A model generated the notes under the pieces. The model was not told where the DNA came from, did not search any database, and saw only the letters and a program-made list of their open reading frames with translations. Below are positions 24,764 to 36,519 of a stretch of DNA of 64,000 nt, one piece after another. Each line of letters starts with the position of its first letter. Within the stretch, counting starts at the first letter, position 1. Source of the stretch: Bispira polyomma (Eukaryota); contig OZ287748.1 in NCBI GenBank assembly GCA_965649765.1, forward strand, positions 10,044,001 to 10,108,000, written 5' to 3'. The position numbers and the translations under genes were made by a program.

Positions 24764-26158
24764 TCAGATTCTGTCGTTCTGCCATAGCACTGCCCCGTCA
24801 TTGAGAAAGTACCCCATCAGTAGCTCTTGTTGCATTGTTGACAGCAACACACCACCGAACCTCTGGACTAGTATTCCCAATGAATTCTCGACAACCCTTC
24901 TACCCCTGGAAATTCTGTAGTTGTATATGTGCTCATTAGGGTCCATCCCTTGTCTGCAGAAGGGCTTCATCTGCCAGGGCATTAGGGCAAATGCGTCATC
25001 ACCCAGAATGAAGAAGGAGATGGGGGGCCTAAAAGGGCCTATGGTTTCTGAAGCGGGGGAAGTTGATTGAGTGATTTTCTATCCTCTGTTTCAGTTTAGA
25101 TTGATTGAAGATCTGTGCATCTGAGCTGGAGCCACTGGATCCAAGGTCCACCCAGAGGAATCTGTATTCCGCTTCAACCAAAGCCAGCAAAACAATGGAG
25201 TGGAAACTCTTGTAATTGAAGTATTCGCTCCCCCATTTCCTTGGGCATCTAATTGCAACGTGTTTTCCATCTATGGAGCCCACGGCATTGGGCACATTTC
25301 ATATCTTCCGGTACTGAGCCTCCACCTTCTTCCAGCCTGGTGGAGTTCTTGGGCAAGACAAGAATTCCTACTGGTATTCATCAATGATTTCCTGGCACAT
25401 CTAGGGATCAACTTGGTTATAGTGTACTACCCCACTGCAAAGGAGGGGCTGTGGTGGCCTAGTGGTTAGCAGGCATTGCACTTCATAATCACTGGTCTCT
25501 CACCTCTGGGATCGGCTAGCGTTGGTTCGACTCCCGTCGATGCCTATTTGGGAAAGGTGGTAGTTTCTTACTGTGGGCTGCTGGTTTCAGTGCAGAACCT
25601 TGATCAACTGTATGCAGTGTTTCCTTCAGCGTTTCCAACTACCCGTCCCAATATAACCTAAACAGGTACTAGAGGGGACGTTAAATATCCCAACTCAATC
25701 ACCCACTGCAAAGGAGTAATGTAGAGAACTTTAGGTCTCCCCAGTGGCCAAATGTCTCAATGTTATGGCGATCTTCAGTCTAAGGGACAGTGTCTTCCTA
25801 AACCAGATGGCCTGCTTCTTGACCATCCCCCACCCTCCTCTCCATCTCTTGGAATGCATTAAGGGACATCCTCAGGAAGTTATGGTATAACTCCCCAATC
25901 TTGTAGTTCCAGGAATGGGAGAAGTGCAGAGTAATACAAATGCTCCTCACGTTGCTTGAGCCATGGCTTCACCCAGAATCAACGTCTGGCCCTTTCTTCT
26001 GTGACGACTTTTCCTTGACCTATATTTTCTGTGTCTGTCTCTCTTCTTAACATGTCTATTCTTCTTTGCAGATGTAAAAAATCCATCACTTGCAGTCTCA
26101 TTGAAGTCATTATAACTTGAAGTACCCTGATAATCTCTATTACTCTTTGTAGAACCAT
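24764..26158 (-). pseudogene. Harbinger (DDE_Tnp_4-type) transposase, with stops, frameshifts and a SINE insertion
   Basis: [74 protein letters not shown]. Confidence 0.9.
25446..25701 (+). mobile_element. young tRNA-derived SINE inserted in the transposase
   Basis: TGGCCTAGTGG A-box, GGTTCGACTCC B-box; 15-bp TSD CCCACTGCAAAGGAG at 25431 and 25702; closely related to 45838-46088. Confidence 0.92.
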
Positions 26159-27209
26159 CTTGACAATTAAATCTGTCTGGATTTATATATAGGGTTCATA
26201 GGTGACAAACTTTTCCACCAACCTTAATTACCAGGATTTGTCAGAATAAATGGGCGGCCTCCCCAAGTTATTGTAAATCACGCCGAGTGGATCGGGCGGC
26301 CTCCCCGAGTTATCCTAACAATCTTAAGCAGTACTACCGACTTATCTCCCCGGACCAGGGAGGTCGGGGCAGCCGTCGAGAGTATTCACATTTATAATCG
26401 CGTGACGCACATGTTTCCGCACTTTTCTTAAAAAAATCGGAGGCAAATGCTGCCACAGACAACATTTATTGCAAGAGGAAGTAGTAACCCTAAAGACGTT
26501 GTTTCATAAAAATTTAATTTGCTAATAATGCAATAAATTAAACATAATGGGGAAATATGTATGTAATATTTGTACAAATTCTAATTATATAAATATATAG
26601 GGTATACTATTTAGATATGATTTTCTCTACCAGGTCACTATAACTTTATAGAATACCTTTATAATTATTTACTTAAAACTTAATTGTGTTACCATTAAGT
26701 TATTGAGAAATATGTCTACACATGGATGACAGACTTTTAGCACAGTGTCAAAGTGGAACGTTCTTAATAATCACAAACAACATAATCATGCAAATAATTA
26801 CAATTTGAACTTTATATAAATACATGCAATATTAAAAGCTTCTATTAATGGAATTGGACACCTTATAATCGTATGTATTCATTAATAAAATCAAAATTAG
26901 GTTACCACCAACTACTTAATAATGGTAGGTTTTTAGTATTGTGTGAATTTTGTGACTCCTAATTAGTATGACCAAACGGGTGAACTTTTTATATCCACTT
27001 GACAGATTCTGTACACCCAGTTTATGCATAGAATCTGGGTGGTGTATTAAGTTATATTTTTCACTGACTAAAGGCATAAAAGAGTGAATAATTTCAACAC
27101 GTCTTGCATGCAATTTGAGACTCAGATTCTAGTTTCATAATAAAGGGGCGAATATACCTGTCCTTTTAAAATTTGTTGAAAAACTTTCAAGAAAATCTAA
27201 TCTGTAAGA

Positions 27210-27711
27210 GCCCCAGTCCCACTGGATTGACGTTAGGCTATGTTAACCACGCAGATGCAAAAATCCACGCAGAAGTATAGTTATATATATTTTTATTACG
27301 TTAAAGGTGTTAACTTATCCAAAGATCTATGTCAATACCTGTTAAGACTTACAGCTAATGCAACAGTTCACGTAAAATTATGTATTAAATGACACACATT
27401 TGTATGCATACAAACGCAAATATACTTTAAAGAACGCACATTGACACGTTAAAGGCTGTAATATTACGTGTATTACGTTGACACTCATTTGACTACATCA
27501 AACCACATTATACCACACTACATCTTGCAAATATTTACCTTAAATCTCGCACCAATCTTACGTGGTTTGCGTGCAATTTCTTGCGTAACATCTCCCACGC
27601 CAGATTATGTACTATCACCTCCAATACGTTAACTCCTGCATACTCTGTGCAAACCCTACGCAAAATTAATTTACTAACGATTGCTTACATGAAAGCCAGT
27701 GGGACGGGGGC
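27210..27711. mobile_element. Harbinger-type MITE
   Basis: TIRs GCCCCAGTCCCACTGG and CCAGTGGGACGGGGGC (15/16 match). Confidence 0.75.
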
Positions 27712-27949
27712 ATTAGGTGAGGCATTTCTAAAATTCTATATCTTAATATATTATTAATAATAAATTTACATCAAATTTATATTATCATCTTGACTGCTAT
27801 TATCATCAGGTATTTATTATATAGAGTACTCATTCTGTAACCTCTGCTAACAACTATGTGACGTACAGCACAGACACAATATTATTTACATTCGAACACC
27901 AATAGTATAATAAATCAATACTAGAAAAATCAGTGTAGTGTATTGGTAG

Positions 27950-28370
27950 TGTATCTACAAATTTGGATGACGGAAACAGACGTCGGATGACGGATTTGGA
28001 AGCAAAATTGGACAGGTATATTTGCCCCTTATATCTGGCCGAATTTGCGCCGAATCCGTCATCCGGTGTCCGTTTCTGTCATCTGAAAAATGGAAGAAAA
28101 TAGAGAATTGCAATACACCTTGCCAAAGGCAGCTCTGAATCGGGAGCCGAATTTTCAAAATCACTCAAGGACCGATTTTTTTTCGGATGACGGACGAGAA
28201 TATAAAGTAAATTTAATTGTTTTTTTTTTGAGATTGTTGATGTTTTTATGTATTAAACAAGAAAAAAACTGCCAGTTTTTAGGATGTAGTGTATCTGCAA
28301 ATTCGGACAGTGGGTGACGGAAACGGACGTCGAATGACGGATTCGGACGCAATAGGTCGAACGTTAATGG
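27950..28370. repeat. CpG-rich TE-derived block with a ~340-bp-spaced direct repeat
   Basis: TGACGGAAAC(A/G)GACGTCG(G/A)ATGACGGATT at ~27968 and ~28315. Confidence 0.55.
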
Positions 28371-31300
28371 TTTCAACATCTACAATTATTACCCACCCTG
28401 AATTTAATCGTTAATATCTCTGAGGAGTTTTAATGTACAGAATATTGTGGTATTGAATGCAAAAGTACACCCTGATAGGGTCAATGTATTGGAAACATGT
28501 TGAAAAGCTATCTTTAAAGATTTATTTCCAGTCAAACAAAGGGTGGGTTATTAACTGTTGGTGCGCCATAACTGTTACAGCACCAGTTCATACCAATGAA
28601 AACAAACTAGAAAATTATAAGCACTCTTCAAGCAAATTTATATTAAACACCAAATTTGTTCTGTTAGAAAGACACCTTAAATCTTTTCATTCAATGTAAT
28701 CTCATCCAATGTCAAGTTCATATAGACCAAATATGAACGACTTACTCCAACAATAAAGCAAAAAAAAAAAAAAAAAAAAAAAACATTGCTAAATTTGTGT
28801 TATATGTAAAAGTTCAAATTTGAATAAAAAATTCCAACCTTAAAAGTGCCTCCCATATGTTAGAAAATAAAAGATTTTCCCGAGAGTTTGGTGCATTAAA
28901 CCTGTCATAAAAGATTACAGTCCAAATATGCTATAACTGAAGTAATGTTCTGACATTTGGTGTGTGTAAAAGTGAAAACTGTACAATATATAATTGATTT
29001 GAAAATAACACTGACTGATTTGTGATCAGTATATGTAGACTGTATTCACTATGAACTGAAGCACATCAAGTATACACACACCCAACTTTCTGCGGATTTT
29101 AAGTTTCATTGCATGAAAGCATTTATATCGTTGTATACCACAGTCCCTTTGCGTTCCATTGAAGTATAAGTAACTGTAATGTGAATTTACAGCTTCCTGT
29201 GATGTGGATCTGAGGAACGAAGAAGGAAACAAGTGATAACAAACCAAGGAACCAAGTGATAACAAAGGCACTCATTGGGCTTTTATTAGTTCTACACATC
29301 TAAGTACTAAAATTAGTCCACTAACACCAGTTTATATACAAAGTTTTGATTAAAAATAATATATAACATACAACACTTTATTTAAAATGAATAATTCAAT
29401 AGTGTGGCTCTTCCTTTCCTGTAAATTGTGAGAATGTGTACATTTAAACATAAACACTAAGAATTCGGTGACAGATATTTTACTGTTGACCAAAGATAAC
29501 CTAAAAACTAGACAGCCAATTTTTAATAGAGTGAAATTTAGAAAATATACTATCACAGAAGGTCTTCACAATACACTACCATTGGTGTGAGTAAATTATG
29601 CAACCGCTACGATTTCTTTGTCAATAAGGTACAAGCTAAATTATTTTGTTTCTGGACTTATACAGGAAAAAACAATTATTGTGATAAACAGTCAAGACAG
29701 ACCACAACAATGTACAGCTATGCCCTCAATAAAATTTGTGGCGAATATGAGAAGTAGAAAGCAGTTGGTGCAAAAAGGATTTTGCAGTTAAGTGCCCAAC
29801 TCCAAAGGACAAGGGTAAAAACGATGAAAAGACCATGATCTTGCACATCTGTATTCCTAGCAGATGCGATCATTTGTATCAAATAAGGATTTTTTACAAC
29901 ATGTATTTCCTCACTAGGATGTCAAGGTCATTTCTCCAAAGATCAAAATGAGGCCATAACATTAAACATTTAAGTAGTTACCAATATGCAGCCTGAACAA
30001 GTTCCATACTAATATAAAAGCTGAAAAACAGGACCATAAGAATGTCCAAGGTCAAAAATAAGTTCAAGGCAAAGTCAATCATAATATTACACAATTTTAC
30101 CTACAAATGGATATTTGTAGGAAATATGCCATTTCTGTCAGAAGAAGTCTCTGATATCTACTCCGGACAAGAGAAACACCCCTCCCTCCCCTCTTGTATT
30201 AAATGTAAAATTTGTGTTACTTTGGTCTACAGACTGGTCTAGCAAGTTTGGATTTGTACCTTATGATGTCAATACTCATCAAAAGTCAGCAGTTAATGTC
30301 CCATATATTTGTCATATCCATAAGCAATCATTTTTTTTAACTTGGAGTTGGTTCTCAAACACCCACTGTTCTGTTGTTCTAATCATAAGCTAAATATTGA
30401 AATACGGAGACATAAAAATGTTCCTCAGAGTCTGAGATTACGTTTATTTTGTGAACAACAAAGTTCATAGTATGCAGAGGATGAATTTCATATGATCAGT
30501 ATTTGCCCTTTGTATATATCCCTTATGCCTCAAATTTTAACTATTTTAATTTTATAAATATAATGTCATCTCAGAACACATCTAGAATTTCTAACTTATC
30601 GTGTCATTTTAATCATAGTTTTAAAATAAGAGAATTTTATATGCAAGATTTATAATCCGTGTTATTGAAAAAATCTAAAGTGTGTTAAGATGTAAACATT
30701 ATTAAACGCCACATTATAATGTATGTACACATTAACCCAAAATTAAAAGGATGTATTTTAATTATTCATGTATACTGTAAAGGTATTATGGGATTTGATA
30801 GAAAACGCTATAGTATTGCCACAAACAACTTCAATATGCTGATAATTAAAGTGAAGAAAGAGCACCATGACTCCATTATCAATAAGAACTCACTATCACG
30901 AGCTAACCGTGACCTAGATGTAGAGTTTATCAAGAACTATTCATACATAGCCTTTGCCTGGCTTGTGGAGAAAAAGAGTTAGCAAGAGATAAAACTATCG
31001 CTAACTTGAGATAATTTAGTGACTTTGATGTAGTTTTAGAATGAGAGCTTTAGTAATATTTAGAGATAATCCGTTAAAAAAAAACAGTTACATAAATATT
31101 CACAACAGACCATTATGCTAGAACGTAATTAATTTTGTGTTTCAGTCAATCTCATGCTGCAATATGATTCACAACAGCCATGAACATTCATTTTACTGCT
31201 GATTTCACTCTAAATTACAGCCAGACCTGTTTGAGACATCAGCTGTATTAAATAATCACCCGTGTAACATAAATCCCCTTCAAAACCTTGTTGCAAATAT

Positions 31301-31529
31301 ATCTTCACTATTCCTTAACTAACTGTTAGAAAATTACAGAAAATCTATAGAAACCACATTATGATTTATTTAATGGGTCTATATAGATAAATTTCACAGT
31401 TTATACAGTTTTATATTTTCTTTAGCTTTGTTGCTTTAGTTGGTGTCACGTAACAGTCTGATAAGTGGAAAGCTATATTAATGACACTGTAAAAGTCGTA
31501 CTAATATCCCATTAGTGGGTTTTTTATCC

Positions 31530-31716
31530 TCACTGGAATATGACCAGGATGTTGGCTAATGTGAATACAATGTAGCCAGTCCCACCAGCATTCTCGATCC
31601 ATGTGATGGATAAGGGGGGACCAGATTGCTGGTAAAGCTGATTCTGTCTTCTAATCCTGTTACCACAGGAGAGTGCTGGAGAATGTAATCACTCACTACA
31701 TCTGCTGATATTTTAC
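31530..31716 (-). pseudogene. NT5E: NT5E copy B terminal exon, with a frameshifted GPI signal
   Basis: GKISADVVSDYILQHSPVVTGLEDRISF; one G is missing versus copy C (GTGGGACT vs GTGGGGACT), giving an early TAG at 31558-31556. Confidence 0.85.
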
Positions 31717-33245
31717 CTGGAAAACCACAATGAAACAATAAAACAAAGACACTAACATTCCTCTCAATAGAGTGCATACCTTCGACTAATCTTGTGACCA
31801 CATGAGAGTGCTGAAGGATGTAATAAGAAATGACTACATCTTCTAAAATCTGGAGAACAACAAAAACAATGATAACAACACTAGAAGGACAACTCAGTGG
31901 AGTGTATACCTCCACCAAGGTGCCACTGAAAAACTAAATCTGTGGATCTGTCCTTCTATTTTCATCCACTAAAAATATATAATGAATTATTCTGGGACAA
32001 CAACAGAATGACAGTGAGTAGACTGCATTCCTCTGCCCAAATAAATATAATTTTTGGGGGGATCATGGATCCTCTTCAAAATATAATTTAATTCAACTAT
32101 ATTAATTTTGACTATTGGCTAAATTTAGTTCAAAAAATTTAGTTAAACTATATTAATTTTGACTATTGGCTAAATTTAGTTTAAATATTTAAATAAATTG
32201 AACCTTTCACTAGAAATAAACTATTTAACGTTGCTAGCTATTAAATATTTATATAAACTCCTAGTGCAAATGTCCACATGATCAGTATTAGGCATAAGGG
32301 TGTGTAATTGGTTAGCAAAAATACATCCATAGCTATACACATACAAGTTCAACACAGCTTTGCTTCCCTTTTTCAGATTTTTCAGTATATATATTGCTTA
32401 CTATGACTCACTAAAGATAAATTTGTACATAAGGTTCACACATATACTTCAGGTAAAAGGTAAAAATTATTTTGTAGAAAGCTGTGAGAGACATGAGATT
32501 ATACTAGCAAGAAACAAAATGATTTACATAAGGACATTATGGTGTAAAAGCAAGGTCATAATTGTATTGAATGTGTGCTTAATAAATACCCTATTCGGAA
32601 CAGAAACCAGGTGGAACATTTAATAACAATTTTTAATACTGATTATTTATTTTAGCCAGAACTTTATGTATTAAAAAAATAAAACTAATCGGGTGCAGTG
32701 TTTCGGCATTGCACTTGTCAGTCCTCCACAACCACAAAATTCTGAGGGTACCAGTCTAATTGACAGGTAACTTATGTTGTGTAAACAAGTAAACATTCTC
32801 TCTGTTACTAAGGCAAAAACCCCTAACTGGCTTCTCATTGGTTAGAGAATGAGTCAATGTTATTTCCCAGAAAATACTGGTCAGTTTAAAATCAGTCACT
32901 GACATAGCGACATGATATTACAAATTTTACACTTTATTTGTTTTGGTTTTATTTTATTTACAACGATTTTAGTTTGTTTACGTGGATTTACAAGGACTGT
33001 TTTAGTTTTTTAATTGTGAACATTGCATTGAAGGGATTCTACAGACGTGTCTCAGCAGCTCTTTCTTGACAACATCACGCTTGATTTAGCCTATTTGGCC
33101 AGAGAAAAAGGGACGTAACAACCCATTCATTATTCAGTTAAATCTGATTATTTATAAATCAAGCCGTGAAAAGGTCTCGACAGAGCACTGTGGGTGTGTA
33201 TTATGTTTTGATTTCAGTGACTAAATTGACAATTGAAATACAGAA

Positions 33246-34352
33246 ATGCCGAAAAAATCTCAGTGTAATAAAAAAGTGGGAAAAAGTGTACAATGGATGT
33301 CGAAGTCGGGACTGATTTTATTGTGCGGGAAAGCAATACACCAACTCTGGCCCAAAAAGTGGTGGACACTCCTGTTAACGGGTAGAGGGGATGTAGATCT
33401 CAAGGGCAGGTAGCAGACCAGGTAGAGGACAGCATACAGCTTCAGATACTGCAACAACTTCAAAAGGTGAATTCGAGGCTTGATGCATTGGAGGAACAAG
33501 TAGCCGAGTCCAGTTCCAGGAGCCAGAGATCAGCACCACGGCAGGCAGGACACAAGTTAAGTAGAACAGTTTCCAGTAGAGTGTCTCAGAGTCATTATAG
33601 TAATGATAAAAGTAAAAGCCCAGTACAGTCAGATAACGAGTCATCAGATGAGGAGCACATGTTGCTTAGGTTAGCGGTCCTTAGAAATTCAGTTGCATTA
33701 CAGCGTCAAGTTGATGATAGAGTCAGGGATCTAGAACAAAGTAATCAGACAGGTACTGAGCATGTAGGGAAAATTAAGTCCAAAAGGGGGGGCCCTGTTG
33801 AAGTTTTGGTAAAACATAAGGTGGCTTGGCCCCAGGAGGTCACACTGGGTGGTACAACAAGAGTTAGGTTGTCTTATGATCAATTGTCTATGTCCCAGTG
33901 GACGCAGGGTTTTTGTAAAAACATTATTGATGAACCTGATCAGGTTATAAGAGAGAAAATGCTTTTCTATATGTCAGATTTGATGGAGGACGTCACTGAT
34001 TTCAGTTGGTCTGGGGCTAAAGCTACCGCACGCAGTGCTACTGTGTGAAATGGAGCGGGGTACCCTTACTTGGCATGACACTAACCGTATTGACAGAATT
34101 AGAAGGGCTCATGCCCAAAAACATACAAGTAGTGCTAATGGTGCTAAGAATTGGGTAAAAAATAATGATGGTCACAAAACATGGTTCTGTAAGTTTTTTC
34201 AAAATGGCACATCTCAGCACACGAAGGACCATGAAGTCAATGGCAAAATCCACAAACACATTTGTTCACATTGCATACAGCAAGGTCGTCTATTAGTGCA
34301 TGCTGAGAAAGACTGTGTATTCACTAAGAAAACACAGCCAAAAAACGAGTAG
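33246..34352 (+). pseudogene. Gag-like ORF of YR element 2 (frameshifted)
   Basis: KIKSKRGG..VAWPQE..FSWSGAK..RIRRAHAQ..CKFFQNG..HICSHC, homologous to element 1 Gag. Confidence 0.8.
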
Positions 34353-36467
34353 AGGGCTGTCCCCCAAGGTTTAAACAGGAGGGCAGCTGTGGTAAAATTG
34401 GTGGTGGTGTAAAATCCATTGTACATAATGATTTTAAAGTAAGTAAAATGCTAGTGGGTTCAAATGAACAGAATAGTGTAAATGAAAGAGTGGTAAAGCA
34501 CGGCCCAGTGTATAGGGCTTCCAGATATGTTTACAGTTCAGCAATGAGAAAAGCTGACATAGATAGCTTGTTTGCTCGTCCATTAAGCGAGTTAGTTCGC
34601 GTTTATAAAGCACTGGTCAGTAATGTCGCAGGCAGATCATATGCTAGTGTGGTTAAAACCGGCCGTAAATGCATGTCGACTAACAAGCGAGTAGCAAATA
34701 GATATTTGCCTGATACCAAACTTACTATTTCTAGTGAGGGTGAACAAAACGTGAAACGTGGTGACAACAATGTGTCAGTTTGTGATGACAAACATAAAAC
34801 CAGTGACACAAAAACTCAAGATATTGACGTAGACAGTTCGAAGTTTGCACAGAAAATAGTGGGAAGCGGAAATTCTCAAGAAACAAAATTATTGTTTGAT
34901 ATCAATAATATGGGAGAAGATAAATTTATCAACTCCATTATTTTTAACAATGTAAAAGATCTAACAAAGAAAGTGCTGTCGGAATGTAACAGCTTTAAGC
35001 TGTGGCGGGCACAGTCAGAGTTCAATTTCGGCTTTATTCCACTGACTGATCCAATGTCATCAGAAAATAAAACTCATGTCAACGCTACTATTGATTGTCC
35101 TATTGCATGTCATAATGAAGTCAAAAAATGGGGTAGACCAAATTTTTTGGGGGCTCGTATTCCTGTCAAATCACAGTTGAATATTACAAATTAGAAAGAA
35201 ATGTTAAAAGACTATTGGGATCAGCAGTTAATCGAATTGCTTGAATTTGGATTCCCTTTAGGTTTCAATAGAAACTGCAAGCTCAGTAGTGACGTTGACA
35301 ATCACAAATCAGCTACACAGTACCCGAATGATGTGGACGTGTATATTGCTGAAGAAAAAGCACATGGTGCAATCATTGGTCCTTTTAAGGAAAATCCCAT
35401 AATAAATTGCCATCATTCACCATTTATGACTCGTCCCAAACCCAATTCAGAAAATAGACGAGTCATCATTGACCTTAGTTGGCCAAAAGGCGAGTCGATA
35501 AATGCAGGGGTCGACAAAAATGGTTACATGGGTACTGATTTCAAACTCAGCTTTCCTACTATTGATAATTTGACAGATGAGCTCACAAAGTTGGGAAAAG
35601 GTGCCAATATATATAAGCTAGACGTGAGTAGGGCCTTTAGGCATGTGAAAATTGACCCTGGGGATTACGATTTGCTCGGCTTACCTGGGTATTCTGATAG
35701 ACACCGTTCAAGGTACGGTATCAATACCGGAGGACAAATTGCAATAAATTCCAAAAACTCTCAGGAAATGGCAAACTAAAGTATATTGTACAAAAAAGAA
35801 ACTGCAGTCATTACTGGGCCAGTTGCTTTACGTGCACAAATGCGTTAAACCAGCAAGGTGTTTTTTTAATAGAATGCTACAGTTGCTTAGAGACGTGGTT
35901 AATCCCAGTAAAATAATCCTGACACAGGATTTTAAAAGAGACCTAAGGTGGTTTGATCGGTTTCTCCCGTTGTATAATGGAGTATCCATATACCTTCACA
36001 AAATCATAGATCATACGTTAGAACTTGATGCTTGTCTTATTGGGTTGGGAGGGAGATGGAAAAATCTCGTATATCACCTTCCCATAACAAAGTTTTTCAG
36101 AAATTTGGGCATTGTCCAACTGGAAATGGTTAACATTTTGGTAGCGTTAAGATTGTATCGAAGTTACTGGTACAGTAAAAAGGTGCTTGTTAAATGTGAT
36201 AATGAAGCAGTGGTGAAAGTGCTAAATTCAGGTAGAGCTAAAGACCCTTTCTTGTCGGCGTGTGCTAGAAACATATGGTATACAGCTGAATTGGCAGATA
36301 TAGAGTTACAGTATGTGCATGTCTTAGGCAAGAATAACAGAGTAGCTGATTTGTTGTCTAGATGGACCCAGTCCAGTAGTGATGTTCATGAATTACACTC
36401 ATTGGTGGAAGATCCATTATGGTTACAGGTTAACATTGAGTTGACAGAAATTGATAGTGAATTGTAG
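34346..36467 (+). pseudogene. Pol (partial RT + RNase H) of YR element 2
   Basis: FGFP, SPFMTRPK, RVIIDLS and LDVSRAFR are present; the sequence jumps from DLLGL to LGILIDT near 35683, so LPFG and YxDD are missing; RNase H ELDAC, CDN and ADLLSR are present. Confidence 0.88.
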
Positions 36468-36519
36468 ATATTTAGGTGACGTAATTATGTAACACAGATA
36501 CTATACTTTGTACTTGCAG

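Larger units (their letters stand above)
23658..26360. mobile_element. PIF/Harbinger DNA transposon with convergent Myb/MADF-like gene and transposase
   Basis: Imperfect inverted ends CCCTGGTCACTCGGGAGTATAA and CTTATCTCCCCGGACCAGGG; subterminal repeat GGGCGGCCTCCCC at 26252 and 26294; two-gene layout. Confidence 0.85.

Noticed and set aside
24600-24770. Histone gene or pseudogene explaining the stem-loops
   Set aside because: No histone-like coding sequence is visible in any frame; the upstream ORFs are a transposase and a Myb-like protein.
25023-25040. AGGCCCTTTTAGGCCCC (minus strand) as another histone stem-loop
   Set aside because: Lies within transposase coding sequence, the stem is imperfect and there is no ACC flank.
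25446-25540. tRNA genes (also 13347, 38506, 45838, 47213)
   Set aside because: The A/B boxes continue into ~200-250 bp SINE bodies, two of them with TSDs; these are SINE heads, not stand-alone tRNAs.
30719-30982. 87-aa ORF downstream of copy B
   Set aside because: The paralogous sequence at ~59295-59490 has frame-breaking indels; probably an old TE remnant.
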